64,000 nt of DNA from Nitrospinales bacterium (GCA_965263085.1 OZ253582.1:349848-413847), one strand, 5' to 3'; shown: positions 9,319 through 19,220, counted from the stretch's first letter. A program made the numbers and translations. Notes: a model not told the origin generated them from the letters alone.

Positions 9319-10242
9319 TTGCGGGAACATGGCGATTTTTCAAGTTCCCATTTTTTATTTGGATTTTGGCTCAAAAACGCTCCAGCAAGGGGATTTGTGG
9401 TTAAAGAAATAGATTTTACGGAAAAAATACCTATCACCCACCACCTGATAGAGCTTAAAAACAGGCTGGTGTATGTGGGAATTGTCGTTGCTCTATTTTT
9501 TGGCGTTTGCTTTTATTTTGTAGATTTTCTCGTGTTATGGCTGCAAGACCCTCTGCCTAAAAAATATGCCGACCTTATTTTCATAACACCCACGGAACCC
9601 TTTTTTACCAATATGAAGGTTTCCTTCATGGGGTCTATGTTTATTTCCATGCCGTGGATTTTATACCATGTCTGGGGATTCATCGCTCCCGGATTAAAGG
9701 TAAAAGAAAAAAAGATCACGGCAATGTTTGTTTCTTTTGGAACGTTGTTCTTCCTTTTTGGTGGGTTCTTTTGTTATTTCCTGGTTGTTCCTTTAGGACT
9801 GAAATTCCTACTGAATTACGGCACAACTTGGTGGAAGATGCAGGTCACCATTGGTTTTTATTTCTCCTTTGTGGTGAAGATGATTCTGGCTTTTGCCTTT
9901 GCGTTTCAAACCCCTCTCATTATGGTTTTGTTGACAAAGTTCGGAGTGGTCAGCACTGTAAAGATGAAGCTCTATCGCAAATGGGCTTTTATGGGAACGT
10001 TTGCCCTGGCCGCAGTCTTAACCCCGCCAGATATTATCACTCAAGTGTTATTGGCATTTCCTCTTTATGGTTTGTATGAGTTTGGGGTGGTTGTATCCCG
10101 ATTTTTTGAGGATCCCAAAAACCGGGAATTAGCACTCAAACAAATGCAGGCGGAAGCGGCCCTAAGAAAAGCCGCCAAAGAAGCCGCTAAAAGGGCAGCT
10201 ATGGCGAGTAAGGCTAAGAAGAAAACTCGTAAAGCTTCCTGA
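9319..10242 (+). CDS. tatC: twin-arginine translocase subunit TatC
   Basis: Conserved TatC core (ITHHLIELKNRL, FITPTEPFFTNMKVSF, multiple TM segments). The track ORF starts at a TTG, but the in-frame GTG at 9397 (VVKEIDFTEK) is a more likely start. There is an unusual ~45-aa Lys/Ala-rich C-terminal tail. Confidence 0.85.
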   Translation: MREHGDFSSSHFLFGFWLKNAPARGFVVKEIDFTEKIPITHHLIELKNRLVYVGIVVALFFGVCFYFVDFLVLWLQDPLPKKYADLIFITPTEPFFTNMKVSFMGSMFISMPWILYHVWGFIAPGLKVKEKKITAMFVSFGTLFFLFGGFFCYFLVVPLGLKFLLNYGTTWWKMQVTIGFYFSFVVKMILAFAFAFQTPLIMVLLTKFGVVSTVKMKLYRKWAFMGTFALAAVLTPPDIITQVLLAFPLYGLYEFGVVVSRFFEDPKNRELALKQMQAEAALRKAAKEAAKRAAMASKAKKKTRKAS

Positions 10243-10249
10243 TTTCTGA

Positions 10250-10903
10250 TCAAACAAAAAATACCAGAACAGAAATTAATCGTGGGTAGTGAAATACGAT
10301 TAAAGTTTCCGCAATAGCAAAACCTATATGGACCAGAATCGGGGGAATTATTGATCCTGTGGTTCTTAATAATCCTGTCGATATCATCCCCAGAAACAAA
10401 TTCCCCAAACTTAGTTTGAAATGAAACAGGCTGTAGAGCAAACCGCTACCAATAGTGGCCTGTCCTGTGCTTTGTTTTTTAAGTAAGTTATTGACAACCA
10501 AACCCGTCACAAATATCTGGTCGAGAAAGGGAATGATGAGGGCAGTAAAAATGTTTCTCACGAGAGAATTATTAAATCCCATCTCTTCAGGGATTCTTAA
10601 CTCCGCCCCAGCAAATAATTCTGCTTGCGAAATCCCCGTTTTGACCAGTAAGGCGTCCATTAAAACCACACCGAGCAAAGGAATCGCTCCCAATAGAACG
10701 CCCATGGGCAGTGTTTTTTTGATATTTTTGAAGCCTAATTGCTGCAGAGATATACGCTTTAACGCAAGAAGGATCGCCAGTGCCGAGGTAAAATAAAAGA
10801 TGTGCCAGTGCTCGTAAATAAACTTGTTGCCTGAAAAAACAAGGTGGACTGCTGGAAAAAAAACCAGAAAGTAGAGGGCCAGGGTGAGAGTGAAAGTTCT
10901 CAC
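10250..10903 (-). CDS. CPBP (CAAX protease/Abi)-like polytopic membrane protein, catalytic Glu-Glu motif not evident
   Basis: 217-aa hydrophobic ORF with family-like motifs LLYSLFHF and PPILVHIGFAIAE. The position expected for EExxxR reads PFLDQIFVTG. Confidence 0.45.
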   Translation of the reverse strand: MRTFTLTLALYFLVFFPAVHLVFSGNKFIYEHWHIFYFTSALAILLALKRISLQQLGFKNIKKTLPMGVLLGAIPLLGVVLMDALLVKTGISQAELFAGAELRIPEEMGFNNSLVRNIFTALIIPFLDQIFVTGLVVNNLLKKQSTGQATIGSGLLYSLFHFKLSLGNLFLGMISTGLLRTTGSIIPPILVHIGFAIAETLIVFHYPRLISVLVFFV

Positions 10904-11154
10904 ACCATCAAGCGCCAGTGTGACGCTGGGTCTAAAGAGTAATAAACTATTGGCTTGAGAATATTATTGTTGGCGTGAGAAATCATTGCTGGTTATCTCG
11001 ACGGCTAGCAGGTGGAGGTTCTGCACGCATTTGGCCTTCATTAAGATAGGAGGATTCTAGACCAACATTGTAGCCAGTTTTTCAGAAATCCCCAACACAA
11101 AAAAGTTGTATCAAACATCTTCAATGGGTTCGATGAAGAAAGGAAATAAAGATT

Positions 11155-11595
11155 ATGTCATTTCTAAAATCAGGAAATAAATCAGTATTTACATTTTGGA
11201 TTGTATTTGTTTTAACATTGATGTGTTTTATTTGTGCCTCTGCACAACCAGTTCCAATGCCTCCAAAACCAAAAACGGATAAAGAATCAATTAAGATGTA
11301 TCATGTTCTTGCGGAACAAGGTGATGCAATAGGTCAATATAATTTGGGGTTGTTATATCTTGATGGAGCACATGTTCCAATAGATGAAAAAAGAGGACTC
11401 AAGCTTTTACGCTTGTCTGCCGAACAAGGATATGTGGAGGCAGAGTTTATGCTGGGGCTAACGCTTAGGATTGCTAATCCACCATATATATATAAAGTTA
11501 TTGAGGGAGATATAGAAGAAGCTATATATTGGCTTAGTAAGGCTACTAATAAAGGTCATATATTAGCAGAATCTATATTGGATGGTATTTATTAA
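11155..11595 (+). CDS. Sel1-repeat protein with signal-like N-terminus
   Basis: 146-aa ORF with AEQGDAIGQYNLGLLYLDGAHVPIDEKRGLKLLRLSAEQGYVEAEFMLG. Confidence 0.75.
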   Translation: MSFLKSGNKSVFTFWIVFVLTLMCFICASAQPVPMPPKPKTDKESIKMYHVLAEQGDAIGQYNLGLLYLDGAHVPIDEKRGLKLLRLSAEQGYVEAEFMLGLTLRIANPPYIYKVIEGDIEEAIYWLSKATNKGHILAESILDGIY

Positions 11596-11615
11596 TTTGG
11601 AATTAAATTTCTTAC

Positions 11616-11649
11616 AGGACAGATTAAATCAATTGATTTAATTTGTCCT
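11616..11649. repeat. 34-nt near-perfect palindrome (hairpin/terminator candidate)
   Basis: AGGACAGATTAAATCAA|TTGATTTAATTTGTCCT forms a 17-bp stem whose only irregularity is one G-T wobble. It lies 21 nt after the Sel1 gene stop. No T-run follows. Confidence 0.4.
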
Positions 11650-11666
11650 TATAGGAATGATTTGAA

Positions 11667-11924
11667 ATGAAAATAAATAATAAACTTAAAAAGGAAGTGG
11701 AGCAGAGGGAGTCTGTAGAGTTTTACGATAAAGGTTTTCGATATGAATATGGAGGTTAAGTTAAACAAAGTTATGAAAAGGCTCTTGAATGGTATTCTCT
11801 TGCTGCGAAGAAAGGCCATAAAAAAGCCAAAGTAAGATGCAAGGTTATTCCATTGTTAATGAAAATGAATTCTATTCAGGAAAAAATAGATATACTTGAA
11901 AAAGACGATGATGAATTTTTCTAA
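11667..11924 (+). pseudogene. small Sel1-repeat gene with an in-frame TAA
   Basis: ATG 11667 gives MKINNKLKKEVEQRESVEFYDKGFRYEYGG, then TAA at 11757-11759. The same frame continues VKQSYEKALEWYSLAAKKGHKKAKVRC...DDEFF* to 11924. Read through, YEYGGxVKQSYEKALEWYSLAAKKGHKKAK is one clean Sel1 repeat. Confidence 0.5.
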
Positions 11925-12149
11925 TCTTTATGGGAGATAAATATGACTCGACTTAGAGAATTTAAATGAGCGAATATAAAGGCTAGGTCGGAATGTCCAA
12001 GATCGTTCCTCATTAGAAAATTCCGATCTTTATTTAGTATCTCGTTTGAGTTAAACTACCTTAGCCTCCCACCTGGGCGCATATTTCATCATTCAGGGGC
12101 AACCATTCTCCTCAATTCAGGTAAGGTAAGCTTTTAACCGAAAAATATC

Positions 12150-12614
12150 ATGAAAAAGATCGCTATAGCTTCCGATCATGGGGGGTTCGAGCTCAAGGAA
12201 AGCGTTATCGCCCACCTGTTAAATATCAGCTGGGAAGTAGATGATCTGGGTTCGTATAGCGAGGACTCTGTGGATTATCCAGACTATGGCATAAAGCTTG
12301 CCAAAGCAGTTGCTGAGGAAAAGGTCAGGCGCGGGATTGTGATCTGCGGCACAGGTGTTGGTATGTCCATCGTTGTTAATCGCTATCCAGGGGTTCGGGG
12401 GGCTCTGTGTTCCGATGTATTCACAGCTAAATTGTGCCGTGAGCACAACGACTCAAATATCCTGATTATGGGAGGGAAGGGGATAGGCAAGAGGTTGGCT
12501 GCTGAAATTGTGAATACCTGGCTCAACACGCCTTTTGAAGGGGGGCGCCACCAAAGGCGGCTCGATAAAATCAACCAGATAGATACTTCTATAAAGTCCA
12601 AAGAAAATCTTTAG
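12150..12614 (+). CDS. rpiB: ribose-5-phosphate isomerase B
   Basis: 154-aa ORF with [30 protein letters not shown] and the RpiB/LacAB family layout. Confidence 0.85.
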   Translation: MKKIAIASDHGGFELKESVIAHLLNISWEVDDLGSYSEDSVDYPDYGIKLAKAVAEEKVRRGIVICGTGVGMSIVVNRYPGVRGALCSDVFTAKLCREHNDSNILIMGGKGIGKRLAAEIVNTWLNTPFEGGRHQRRLDKINQIDTSIKSKENL

Positions 12615-12633
12615 CCCTAAGGAGATATTTAAA

Positions 12634-13881
12634 TTGTCACTTGCCGATTTTGATCCGGAGATTGCCCAATCCATTAAAGATGAAACTGAGCGGGAGAATA
12701 ATACTCTCGAAATGATCGCCTCTGAAAATTTTATCAGTCCTCAGGTGCAGGAAGCTCAGGGTTCGATTATGACCAATAAGTACGCCGAAGGGTATCCGGG
12801 TAAGCGTTATTACGGCGGCTGTGAATTCGTTGATGTTGCTGAAAGCCTTGCCATTGAGAGGGCCAAAAAAATATTCTCGGCCGAGCACGCTAACGTCCAG
12901 CCTCACTCCGGCTCTCAGGCCAATATGGCAGTTTATCATACTCTCCTCCAACCTGGAGATACGGTTCTGGGAATGAACTTATCGCATGGTGGACACTTGA
13001 CCCATGGTAGCCCGGTGAACTTTTCTGGATACACTTATAACGTCGTGGCTTATGGGGTAAACCAGGAAACCGAGCAGATTGATTATGACGAAGTACGAAA
13101 GCTTGCAATTGAGAACAAACCCAAAATGATCATCGTTGGTGCGAGCGCCTATTCACGAGTGATCGACCCGGTCAAGTTCCGAGAAATTGCTGATGAAGTC
13201 GGTGCAAAAATTATGACCGATATCGCTCATCCTGCAGGATTGGTTGCGGCAGGGCTTTATCCTTCACCGGTACCGCACTCAGACTTTGTCACCACCACCA
13301 CGCATAAAACCTTAAGAGGTCCTCGCGGCGGAATGATTTTGTGCAAGGAAGAATACGCCAAAGAGATTAACAAAAAGATTTTCCCTGGTATTCAGGGCGG
13401 ACCTCTCATGCACGTGATTGCCGCAAAAGCCGTTGCCTTTAAGGAAGCATTGAGCGCGGATTTTGTGATCTACCAAAAACAAGTGATTGCCAACGCTAAA
13501 TGCCTGGCTCGGTTTTTAATCGATCAAGGGTATAAAATTGTCAGTGGTGGAACCGATACACATCTGATGCTAATCGACTTGCGCCCTCAGGGTATAACTG
13601 GTAAGGATGCCGAGGCGGCGCTCGAAAAGGCTGGCATCACGGTGAATAAAAATACCGTACCTTTTGAGACCCTGAGTCCGTTTGTGACTTCCGGGGTTCG
13701 AATCGGTACCCCGGCGCTGACCACCCGGGGAATGAAAGAGAATGAAATGCGCGGTATCGGAGAAATGATTGTTCGGACACTGGAAAATATTAAGGATGAT
13801 AGTTTCCACGTCCAAACCCGTAAAAAAGTTCGTGAGTTCTGCGGCCAGTTTCCGCTCCATCTGGAACTCACCAATAAATAA
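12634..13881 (+). CDS. glyA: serine hydroxymethyltransferase
   Basis: 415-aa ORF (TTG start preceded by AAGGAG) with the PLP-lysine motif [14 protein letters not shown] and full-length family resemblance. Confidence 0.95.
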   Translation: MSLADFDPEIAQSIKDETERENNTLEMIASENFISPQVQEAQGSIMTNKYAEGYPGKRYYGGCEFVDVAESLAIERAKKIFSAEHANVQPHSGSQANMAVYHTLLQPGDTVLGMNLSHGGHLTHGSPVNFSGYTYNVVAYGVNQETEQIDYDEVRKLAIENKPKMIIVGASAYSRVIDPVKFREIADEVGAKIMTDIAHPAGLVAAGLYPSPVPHSDFVTTTTHKTLRGPRGGMILCKEEYAKEINKKIFPGIQGGPLMHVIAAKAVAFKEALSADFVIYQKQVIANAKCLARFLIDQGYKIVSGGTDTHLMLIDLRPQGITGKDAEAALEKAGITVNKNTVPFETLSPFVTSGVRIGTPALTTRGMKENEMRGIGEMIVRTLENIKDDSFHVQTRKKVREFCGQFPLHLELTNK

Positions 13882-13884
13882 ACT

Positions 13885-14367
13885 ATGAAATGCTCCAGTT
13901 GCTCCGGCATGGAAAACAAAGTCATTGACTCCCGCCTGAATAAGGAAGGGACTATCATACGACGGCGAAGAGAATGCCTGAGTTGTTCTGACAGGTTCAC
14001 CACCTATGAAAAGCTAGAGCGGTCTTTACCTATGCTGATCAAAAAAGACGGTCGGCGGGAAGAGTTTAATCGCGACAAGATCATTGATGGGGTAAAGAAA
14101 GCTTGCCAGAAAAGACCAGTCAGCGTTAAAAGTATTGAAGAACTTGTAGACTGTGTAGAGCAATATCTTCAGGAACTGGGTGAAAAAGAAGTTTCTGCTG
14201 TGAAGGTAGGAGAAAAAGTTATCAGTGAAATTTACAATCTGGATGATGTTGCCTACGTGCGCTTTGCGTCTGTCTACCGTTCCTTCAAAGACGTGAATGA
14301 GTTTATGGTTGAGTTGAAAGAAGTCCTTAAGAGTAAAGAAGGTATCAAAGGCGACCGCTTGCAGTAA
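13885..14367 (+). CDS. nrdR: transcriptional repressor NrdR
   Basis: 160-aa ORF with an N-terminal zinc ribbon (MKCSSCSG...RRRECLSCSDRFTTYE) followed by an ATP-cone. Confidence 0.9.
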   Translation: MKCSSCSGMENKVIDSRLNKEGTIIRRRRECLSCSDRFTTYEKLERSLPMLIKKDGRREEFNRDKIIDGVKKACQKRPVSVKSIEELVDCVEQYLQELGEKEVSAVKVGEKVISEIYNLDDVAYVRFASVYRSFKDVNEFMVELKEVLKSKEGIKGDRLQ

Positions 14368-14624
14368 GCAAAGTGTGCCTTCACAGGCGTGATACCTTTT
14401 CGTAGCTGTGATATTCCTCCTTAAATTTTATACCCTCGTTATATTCCATCTAAGTACCCCGCAGGGGTGCAAGTAACAATCCCTCATGTTGTAAACAAAC
14501 GTTCTCTCGACTTCAGAAGTCCTCACTCTGCTTCTACGGCTAGTGGAGTTGAATCCCAGAAAACAAAGTGTTACGATACCCGATCAGCTTTTAAGATTGT
14601 CATTTCTTGCATCATTGGTCGGCT

Positions 14625-15416
14625 ATGGATAAAATTTTGTTCAATCTGTCTTTATTGAGTTATCTCATGGCGTCCTTTGGTTATTTTGTTTATCTGGCGT
14701 ACAGGCGACCTCTAGTTTCGACCCTTGCCGGGTGGGCGGTTGCATTTGGGCTTGTTTGCCAAACAGTGACTATAGGAATTCGCTCCAGCCAGACTGGGCA
14801 CGGGCCCTACACCACTTCGTTTGAAGTGGCATTGTTTCTGGCCTGGTTGGTGGTTGTAGTTTATTTTTTGACAGAGTGGAAATATAAAATTAAGAATTTG
14901 GGGGCTTTTGTCCTCCCTTTGGTTTTTATTGTTTTGTTATTTGCGGCTTTTCTTTCGAAAGATACGGCTTTGGTCCCAGAATCGGAGGTACGTTTCTGGC
15001 TAACCATGCATCGAACCCTGTCAATCATGGGGTACGCGGCGTTTTCTATCGCATTTGCTGCCGGAATCATGTATTTGATTCAGGAACATCAGGTTAAAAC
15101 CAAAAAGTTGAGCATTATGTATTTTAGGATGCCGTCCCTTGAAGTTCTCGATGACTTGAATTTCAAGGTGATCACGATAGGGTTTCCGTTGTTCACTCTG
15201 GGTTTTATGACCGGGTCTATTTGGAATACACAAATAGATCTGCCATTCTTCTCGTGGGATCTGACCCGGACCCTGCCGCTGGTGGTAACATGGCTGATCT
15301 ATTGTTTGGTATTTTTTGGAAGAATGATGGTCGGAATGCGAGGCAAGAAAGCCGCTCAAGGGGCTATTCTAGGATTTATAACGGTGATCGGGACTTACTT
15401 TCTACATATATTATGA
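14625..15416 (+). CDS. cytochrome c assembly protein, CcsA/ResC-like (HemX-like position next to hemA)
   Basis: Polytopic membrane ORF with a degenerate Trp-rich segment (GSIWNTQIDLPFFSWD). I prefer ATG 14625 (MDKILFNL) to the TTG at 14607. Its TGA overlaps the hemA ATG (ATGA). Confidence 0.6.
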   Translation: MDKILFNLSLLSYLMASFGYFVYLAYRRPLVSTLAGWAVAFGLVCQTVTIGIRSSQTGHGPYTTSFEVALFLAWLVVVVYFLTEWKYKIKNLGAFVLPLVFIVLLFAAFLSKDTALVPESEVRFWLTMHRTLSIMGYAAFSIAFAAGIMYLIQEHQVKTKKLSIMYFRMPSLEVLDDLNFKVITIGFPLFTLGFMTGSIWNTQIDLPFFSWDLTRTLPLVVTWLIYCLVFFGRMMVGMRGKKAAQGAILGFITVIGTYFLHIL

Positions 15417-16693
15417 TATCAGCCGAACCAAATCTTGTTCTCGTGGGGGTCAGCCATAAGACCACCCCTGTGGAAATCAGAGAGAAGCTTGCCTTCAGTC
15501 AGGTCAAGCTGGAAGCCTCTCTAGAGCAATTGGTCCGTTGCCCCGAAATTACTGAGAATATCATCCTCTCAACCTGCAACAGGGTCGAAATTTATGCTCG
15601 TGTCAATAACACCGATCGGGGTATCCAGCTTCTTAAAGATTTCATTTGCGACTATCACGGAATATCGTGCGGTAGTCTGGATGATTATTTTTACAGCTAT
15701 ACAGATAATCAGGCTGTTGAGCACCTCTTTAGAGTTTCGGCGAGTTTGGACTCGATGATTCTTGGGGAGGCTCAGATACTGGGGCAAGTGAAGGATGCCT
15801 ACAACACCGCCCGCGCATTAAGTTCTACCGGCCTGGTTCTCAACCAGTTATTTGAGAAAGCCTTCAATGTCGCTAAAAAAGTAAGAGAAGAAACCGGAAT
15901 TTCTGAGCGCGGGGTTTCTATTAGTTCCGCAGCTGTGGAACTAGCGAAAAAAATATTTGAAGATTTGGAAAACCATTCGGTCATGTTGGTGGGAACCGGG
16001 GGAATGGCCGAACTTGCTGCGAAACATCTCATGTCTTATGGTGTTAAAACTGTGTATGTAGCCAGCAGGACCTATGAACGGGGCATTTCACTTGCCCAGA
16101 CCTTGAATGGCTGTGCCTTGGACTTTGAAGCTTTTAAGGAAGAATTGTACAGGGCAGATATTATCATCACTTCTACTGCCGCGCCGAAGTTTGTCATTCA
16201 TAAAGAAATGGTAGAGCAGGCTATTCATAAAAGAAAAAATAAACCCATGTTTCTCATAGATATTGCAGTTCCCCGCGATATTGCCCCAGAGGTGAACGAT
16301 TTAGAAAATGTTTATTTGTATGACATTGATGACCTACAGAATGTGGTGAACGCGAACATGGAAGAGAGGCAGAAAGAAGCCGAAAACGCCATGGAGATCA
16401 TCAAGCAGGAAGTTGCCAAGTTTAACAACTGGTTTTCCACGCTCGACGCAGTTCCCACTATTGTTGAAATTAGAAACCGGGCAGAAGAAATGCGTATAAC
16501 GGAAGTGGATAAAACACTTAAGACCCTCACCCATCTTTCTGATAACGATCAGAGAGCAATTCATCAATTGACGCAATCATTGGTCAAGAAAATTCTTCAT
16601 AAGCCCACCATAAATCTGAAAAAGAAAACTCAATCTCTGGATGGTTACGTCTATTTAAAGGCCATTCGCCACTTATTCCATTTGGACGATTGA
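15413..16693 (+). CDS. hemA: glutamyl-tRNA reductase
   Basis: The track ORF 15221-16693 has a 64-codon extension that overlaps the previous gene. The family N-terminus starts at ATG 15413 (MISAEPNLVLVGVSHKTTPVEIREKLAF). The catalytic LSTCNRVEIYA motif is present. Confidence 0.9.
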   Translation: MISAEPNLVLVGVSHKTTPVEIREKLAFSQVKLEASLEQLVRCPEITENIILSTCNRVEIYARVNNTDRGIQLLKDFICDYHGISCGSLDDYFYSYTDNQAVEHLFRVSASLDSMILGEAQILGQVKDAYNTARALSSTGLVLNQLFEKAFNVAKKVREETGISERGVSISSAAVELAKKIFEDLENHSVMLVGTGGMAELAAKHLMSYGVKTVYVASRTYERGISLAQTLNGCALDFEAFKEELYRADIIITSTAAPKFVIHKEMVEQAIHKRKNKPMFLIDIAVPRDIAPEVNDLENVYLYDIDDLQNVVNANMEERQKEAENAMEIIKQEVAKFNNWFSTLDAVPTIVEIRNRAEEMRITEVDKTLKTLTHLSDNDQRAIHQLTQSLVKKILHKPTINLKKKTQSLDGYVYLKAIRHLFHLDD

Positions 16694-17623
16694 ATGGAAC
16701 CCAGAAAAATTAGCATTGGTAGCAGGGGGAGCCCTCTGGCATTATGGCAGGCCAATTGGGTCAAGGACCAGTTGGAATCACAGAATCCAGATATTCCTGT
16801 AGAGATTGTCATCATTAAAACTTCCGGTGATAGGATTCAGGATGTTCCGCTGGCCAAAATCGGCGGAAAGGGTTTATTCGTTAAGGAAATCGAAGAAGCC
16901 ATGTTGAGAAAAGAGGTCGATTTTGCTGTCCACAGCATGAAAGATATGCCGATCAAGTTTCCTTTTGCCTTGTGTATCGCGGCAGTGACCAAAAGAGAGA
17001 ACCCTTTCGACGCATTAATCGCAAGAGACAATCTTAAATTGGACGAACTTCCCAAAGGTGCCAAAGTCGGGACAGGCAGTTTAAGAAGGATGTCGCAATT
17101 ACTTCATTATCGTCCCGACCTGAACCTGATTTCACTCCGAGGTAACCTCGAGACGAGAATCAGAAAACTGGAAACTGAAGGACTGGACGCGATCATTCTT
17201 GCCGCAGCAGGACTCATCCGCATGGGGTGGGACGATAAAATCACAGAAATCATCAGTTCCGAAATTTTATTACCGGCAATGGGGCAGGGTGCTATCGGAA
17301 TTGAAGCGCGAAAATATGATATCGACAACCAGATCCTTCTGGCCAATATGGATGATGAAAACACGCATCTGGCATTAGATGCAGAGAGGGCAGTCGTCAC
17401 ACAGCTTGAAGGTGGTTGCAACGTTCCTATTGGCGCGTTTGCAACGATTGAAGATGATCAGATGACACTAAAAGGATTGGTCGCAAGCCTTGACGGAAAA
17501 ACGCTCTATAAAACTGAATTGCAGGGCTTCAAGCTCAATGCCATAAAAATGGGAAAAGAGCTGGGCAACACGTTATTGGAGATGGGCGGGGATAAAATTA
17601 TGCAGGAAATCCATTCGATTTGA
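16694..17623 (+). CDS. hemC: hydroxymethylbilane synthase (porphobilinogen deaminase)
   Basis: 309-aa ORF with IGSRGSPLALWQA, KTSGD and GTGSLRR motifs. Confidence 0.95.
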   Translation: MEPRKISIGSRGSPLALWQANWVKDQLESQNPDIPVEIVIIKTSGDRIQDVPLAKIGGKGLFVKEIEEAMLRKEVDFAVHSMKDMPIKFPFALCIAAVTKRENPFDALIARDNLKLDELPKGAKVGTGSLRRMSQLLHYRPDLNLISLRGNLETRIRKLETEGLDAIILAAAGLIRMGWDDKITEIISSEILLPAMGQGAIGIEARKYDIDNQILLANMDDENTHLALDAERAVVTQLEGGCNVPIGAFATIEDDQMTLKGLVASLDGKTLYKTELQGFKLNAIKMGKELGNTLLEMGGDKIMQEIHSI

Positions 17624-17721
17624 ATCCTACAAGTGGGTTTTATTCCCTGTAGCCTGCCAGGTCTTTTAAAATAACTCCTTAGGATACCCCGCCCGCTTAC
17701 AGCGAGGTTATTCATCACTCG

Positions 17722-18969
17722 CTAAAGCCAAACTTCTTCAGCACCCAACCTTTCCAGAGCCAGTTCCCAGGCAGCATCCCGAAAAATAGTGTCGCTATTT
17801 TTTTTCATACGCGAATAAGTTTCGCAAACATTATTGCTGATGGTGTTATCGATCAAATTTTCCACATAAGCTCTGGTTCCTTTTTGCTTTACTCTCATCG
17901 CATAAGAATCATTGACCATTAATTGCCTTTCTACTGCACAGCCAATCACCCCGCCGGCATTAACAATGAAATCCGTGAGCGATAAAATATTGCGGCGATG
18001 GTGCAAATAATATTCCACGGGTTTACTACTGGGAGTGTTTGCGCCCTGCAAAATATAGCGGCATTGAATGCGATCTGCATTTCGTGCCGTGATAGCATCG
18101 GGTCTGGCTGATGGAATGAGGATATCGCAGGGTGCTTCCAGCAACCAGTCCAGCTTGTCTGGTGAAAACTTTCTGTCCACTTTAAGAGGATAGTTGATCA
18201 ACCCCCCTGGCTGCTTGCGAACTTTACTCAATGCATGTGCGTCTAATCCATTGGGATTCCATAACCCGATATGGGCATCAGAAGCTCCAACAAGAACGGC
18301 TCCCGATTCCTGTAGTTTCAAGGCTGTAGGCGCTCCGACATTTCCAAAACCCTGAACCACAAACTCACTCCTTGATAGATATAACGACTCGTCCATGGCC
18401 TCAAGTGCTTTAGCAGAGGAAAACAAACCATGGGCAGTGAGTTCCCAGTCATCGATCGGGATGCCGCCATTCTCGACAGGTCTTCCTGCTCCGCCTCGCA
18501 AATGCTTTTCAGTACCAAGTTTATGTGAATGGTTATTTTGAATGATTTGGATGTCATTCTCGTTGCTTCCCATATCCGGGGCAGGGGTATAGTCAGGCAA
18601 CTCAAACAGGCAATCGGCAAGTTTTTCGATCAATTCCTTCCGGTAAACTGAGTTTTCAGCCAGTTCAAGCGAGTTCAGACTAATCCCAGCTTTAGCCCCA
18701 CCATAGGGGAGACAGGCGGCACTATTCTTCAAAGTCATGGCCTGAGCCAGCCGTACAATTTCATTTAAGCTCAGATCCTGGACCATGCGTATACCTCCAA
18801 GACCCGGCCCTCTCTGGGTATTGTCTATCGTGATGTAACCCCAGATTGACGAACTATCAGGATCAATGATCTTGTAAGATTTCTTGGTGGCTAGTTCTGG
18901 GCTGGTTGTGAAGCGGTCACCCTGTTCTCTGTCCGGAAGAAGAATTGCCTTCAAACTTTTTGGAAGCAT
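17722..18969 (-). CDS. Glu/Leu/Phe/Val dehydrogenase family protein
   Basis: 415-aa ORF with GPGLGGIRM, PYGGAKAG and the Rossmann motif QGFGNVG. Confidence 0.85.
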   Translation of the reverse strand: MLPKSLKAILLPDREQGDRFTTSPELATKKSYKIIDPDSSSIWGYITIDNTQRGPGLGGIRMVQDLSLNEIVRLAQAMTLKNSAACLPYGGAKAGISLNSLELAENSVYRKELIEKLADCLFELPDYTPAPDMGSNENDIQIIQNNHSHKLGTEKHLRGGAGRPVENGGIPIDDWELTAHGLFSSAKALEAMDESLYLSRSEFVVQGFGNVGAPTALKLQESGAVLVGASDAHIGLWNPNGLDAHALSKVRKQPGGLINYPLKVDRKFSPDKLDWLLEAPCDILIPSARPDAITARNADRIQCRYILQGANTPSSKPVEYYLHHRRNILSLTDFIVNAGGVIGCAVERQLMVNDSYAMRVKQKGTRAYVENLIDNTISNNVCETYSRMKKNSDTIFRDAAWELALERLGAEEVWL

Positions 18970-18992
18970 TGATATTTTTCCCTAACTATGAG

Positions 18993-19178
18993 ATAAATGG
19001 TAGGTATTAAACCACCCCGAAACAAAAACATACCATATTTAATCGCAAAAAAAACGACACTGAATGAACCCCTATGACTGCTCATATGGAATCTCTTATT
19101 GATACTGCACTGAAGGAAGACGTGCAAAGTGGTGACATCACCACCATGAATATTATCCCAAGGGACAATTCTGCGAGG
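18993..19178 (+). pseudogene. displaced nadC promoter/5' fragment (left copy of the island-flanking direct repeat; coding part 19074-19178)
   Basis: MTAHMESLIDTALKEDVQSGDITTMNIIPRDNSAR aligns with the nadC N-terminus at 36441 (20 of 36 residues identical by my count). It contains the 22-mer CAAAGTGGTGACATCACCACCA (19125-19146), identical to 36510-36531. The outer repeat ends are approximate. Confidence 0.75.
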
Positions 19179-19186
19179 GGGGGGGG
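19177..19186 (+). repeat. G10 homopolymer at the nadC-fragment/island junction
   Basis: Counted directly: ctgcga-GGGGGGGGGG-taag. It lies 34 nt upstream of ATG 19221 and is followed by (TACAA)x3 at 19206-19220. Confidence 0.9.
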
Positions 19187-19220
19187 TAAGGCCCATGCCC
19201 TACCATACAATACAATACAA

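Noticed and set aside
14368-14624. 257-nt spacer after nrdR containing the small hairpin ACCCC-gca-GGGGT (within gtaccccgcaggggtgc) and the 63-aa ORF 14467-14658.
   Set aside because: The hairpin is short and lacks a U-tract. The ORF overlaps the ccsA-like start region and has no motif. There is insufficient support for an ncRNA or a gene.
15221-15412. N-terminal extensions in the ORF track for hemA (15221), pyrC (59452), the TolC-like gene (44814), the ccsA-like gene (14607) and DUF507-B (8483).
   Set aside because: The extensions overlap the preceding genes and lack family similarity. In each case, internal ATGs give canonical N-termini or signal peptides and tight operon junctions.
19074-19220. 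ATG at 19074 as the true start of the adhesin, as implied by the 2417-aa track ORF.
   Set aside because: Codons 1-35 are a diverged copy of the nadC N-terminus, and a canonical signal peptide begins at Met50 (19221). A 49-residue cytoplasmic-enzyme-derived extension ahead of a signal peptide is unlikely to be the functional form. The in-frame fusion is kept as one state of the proposed G-tract switch.
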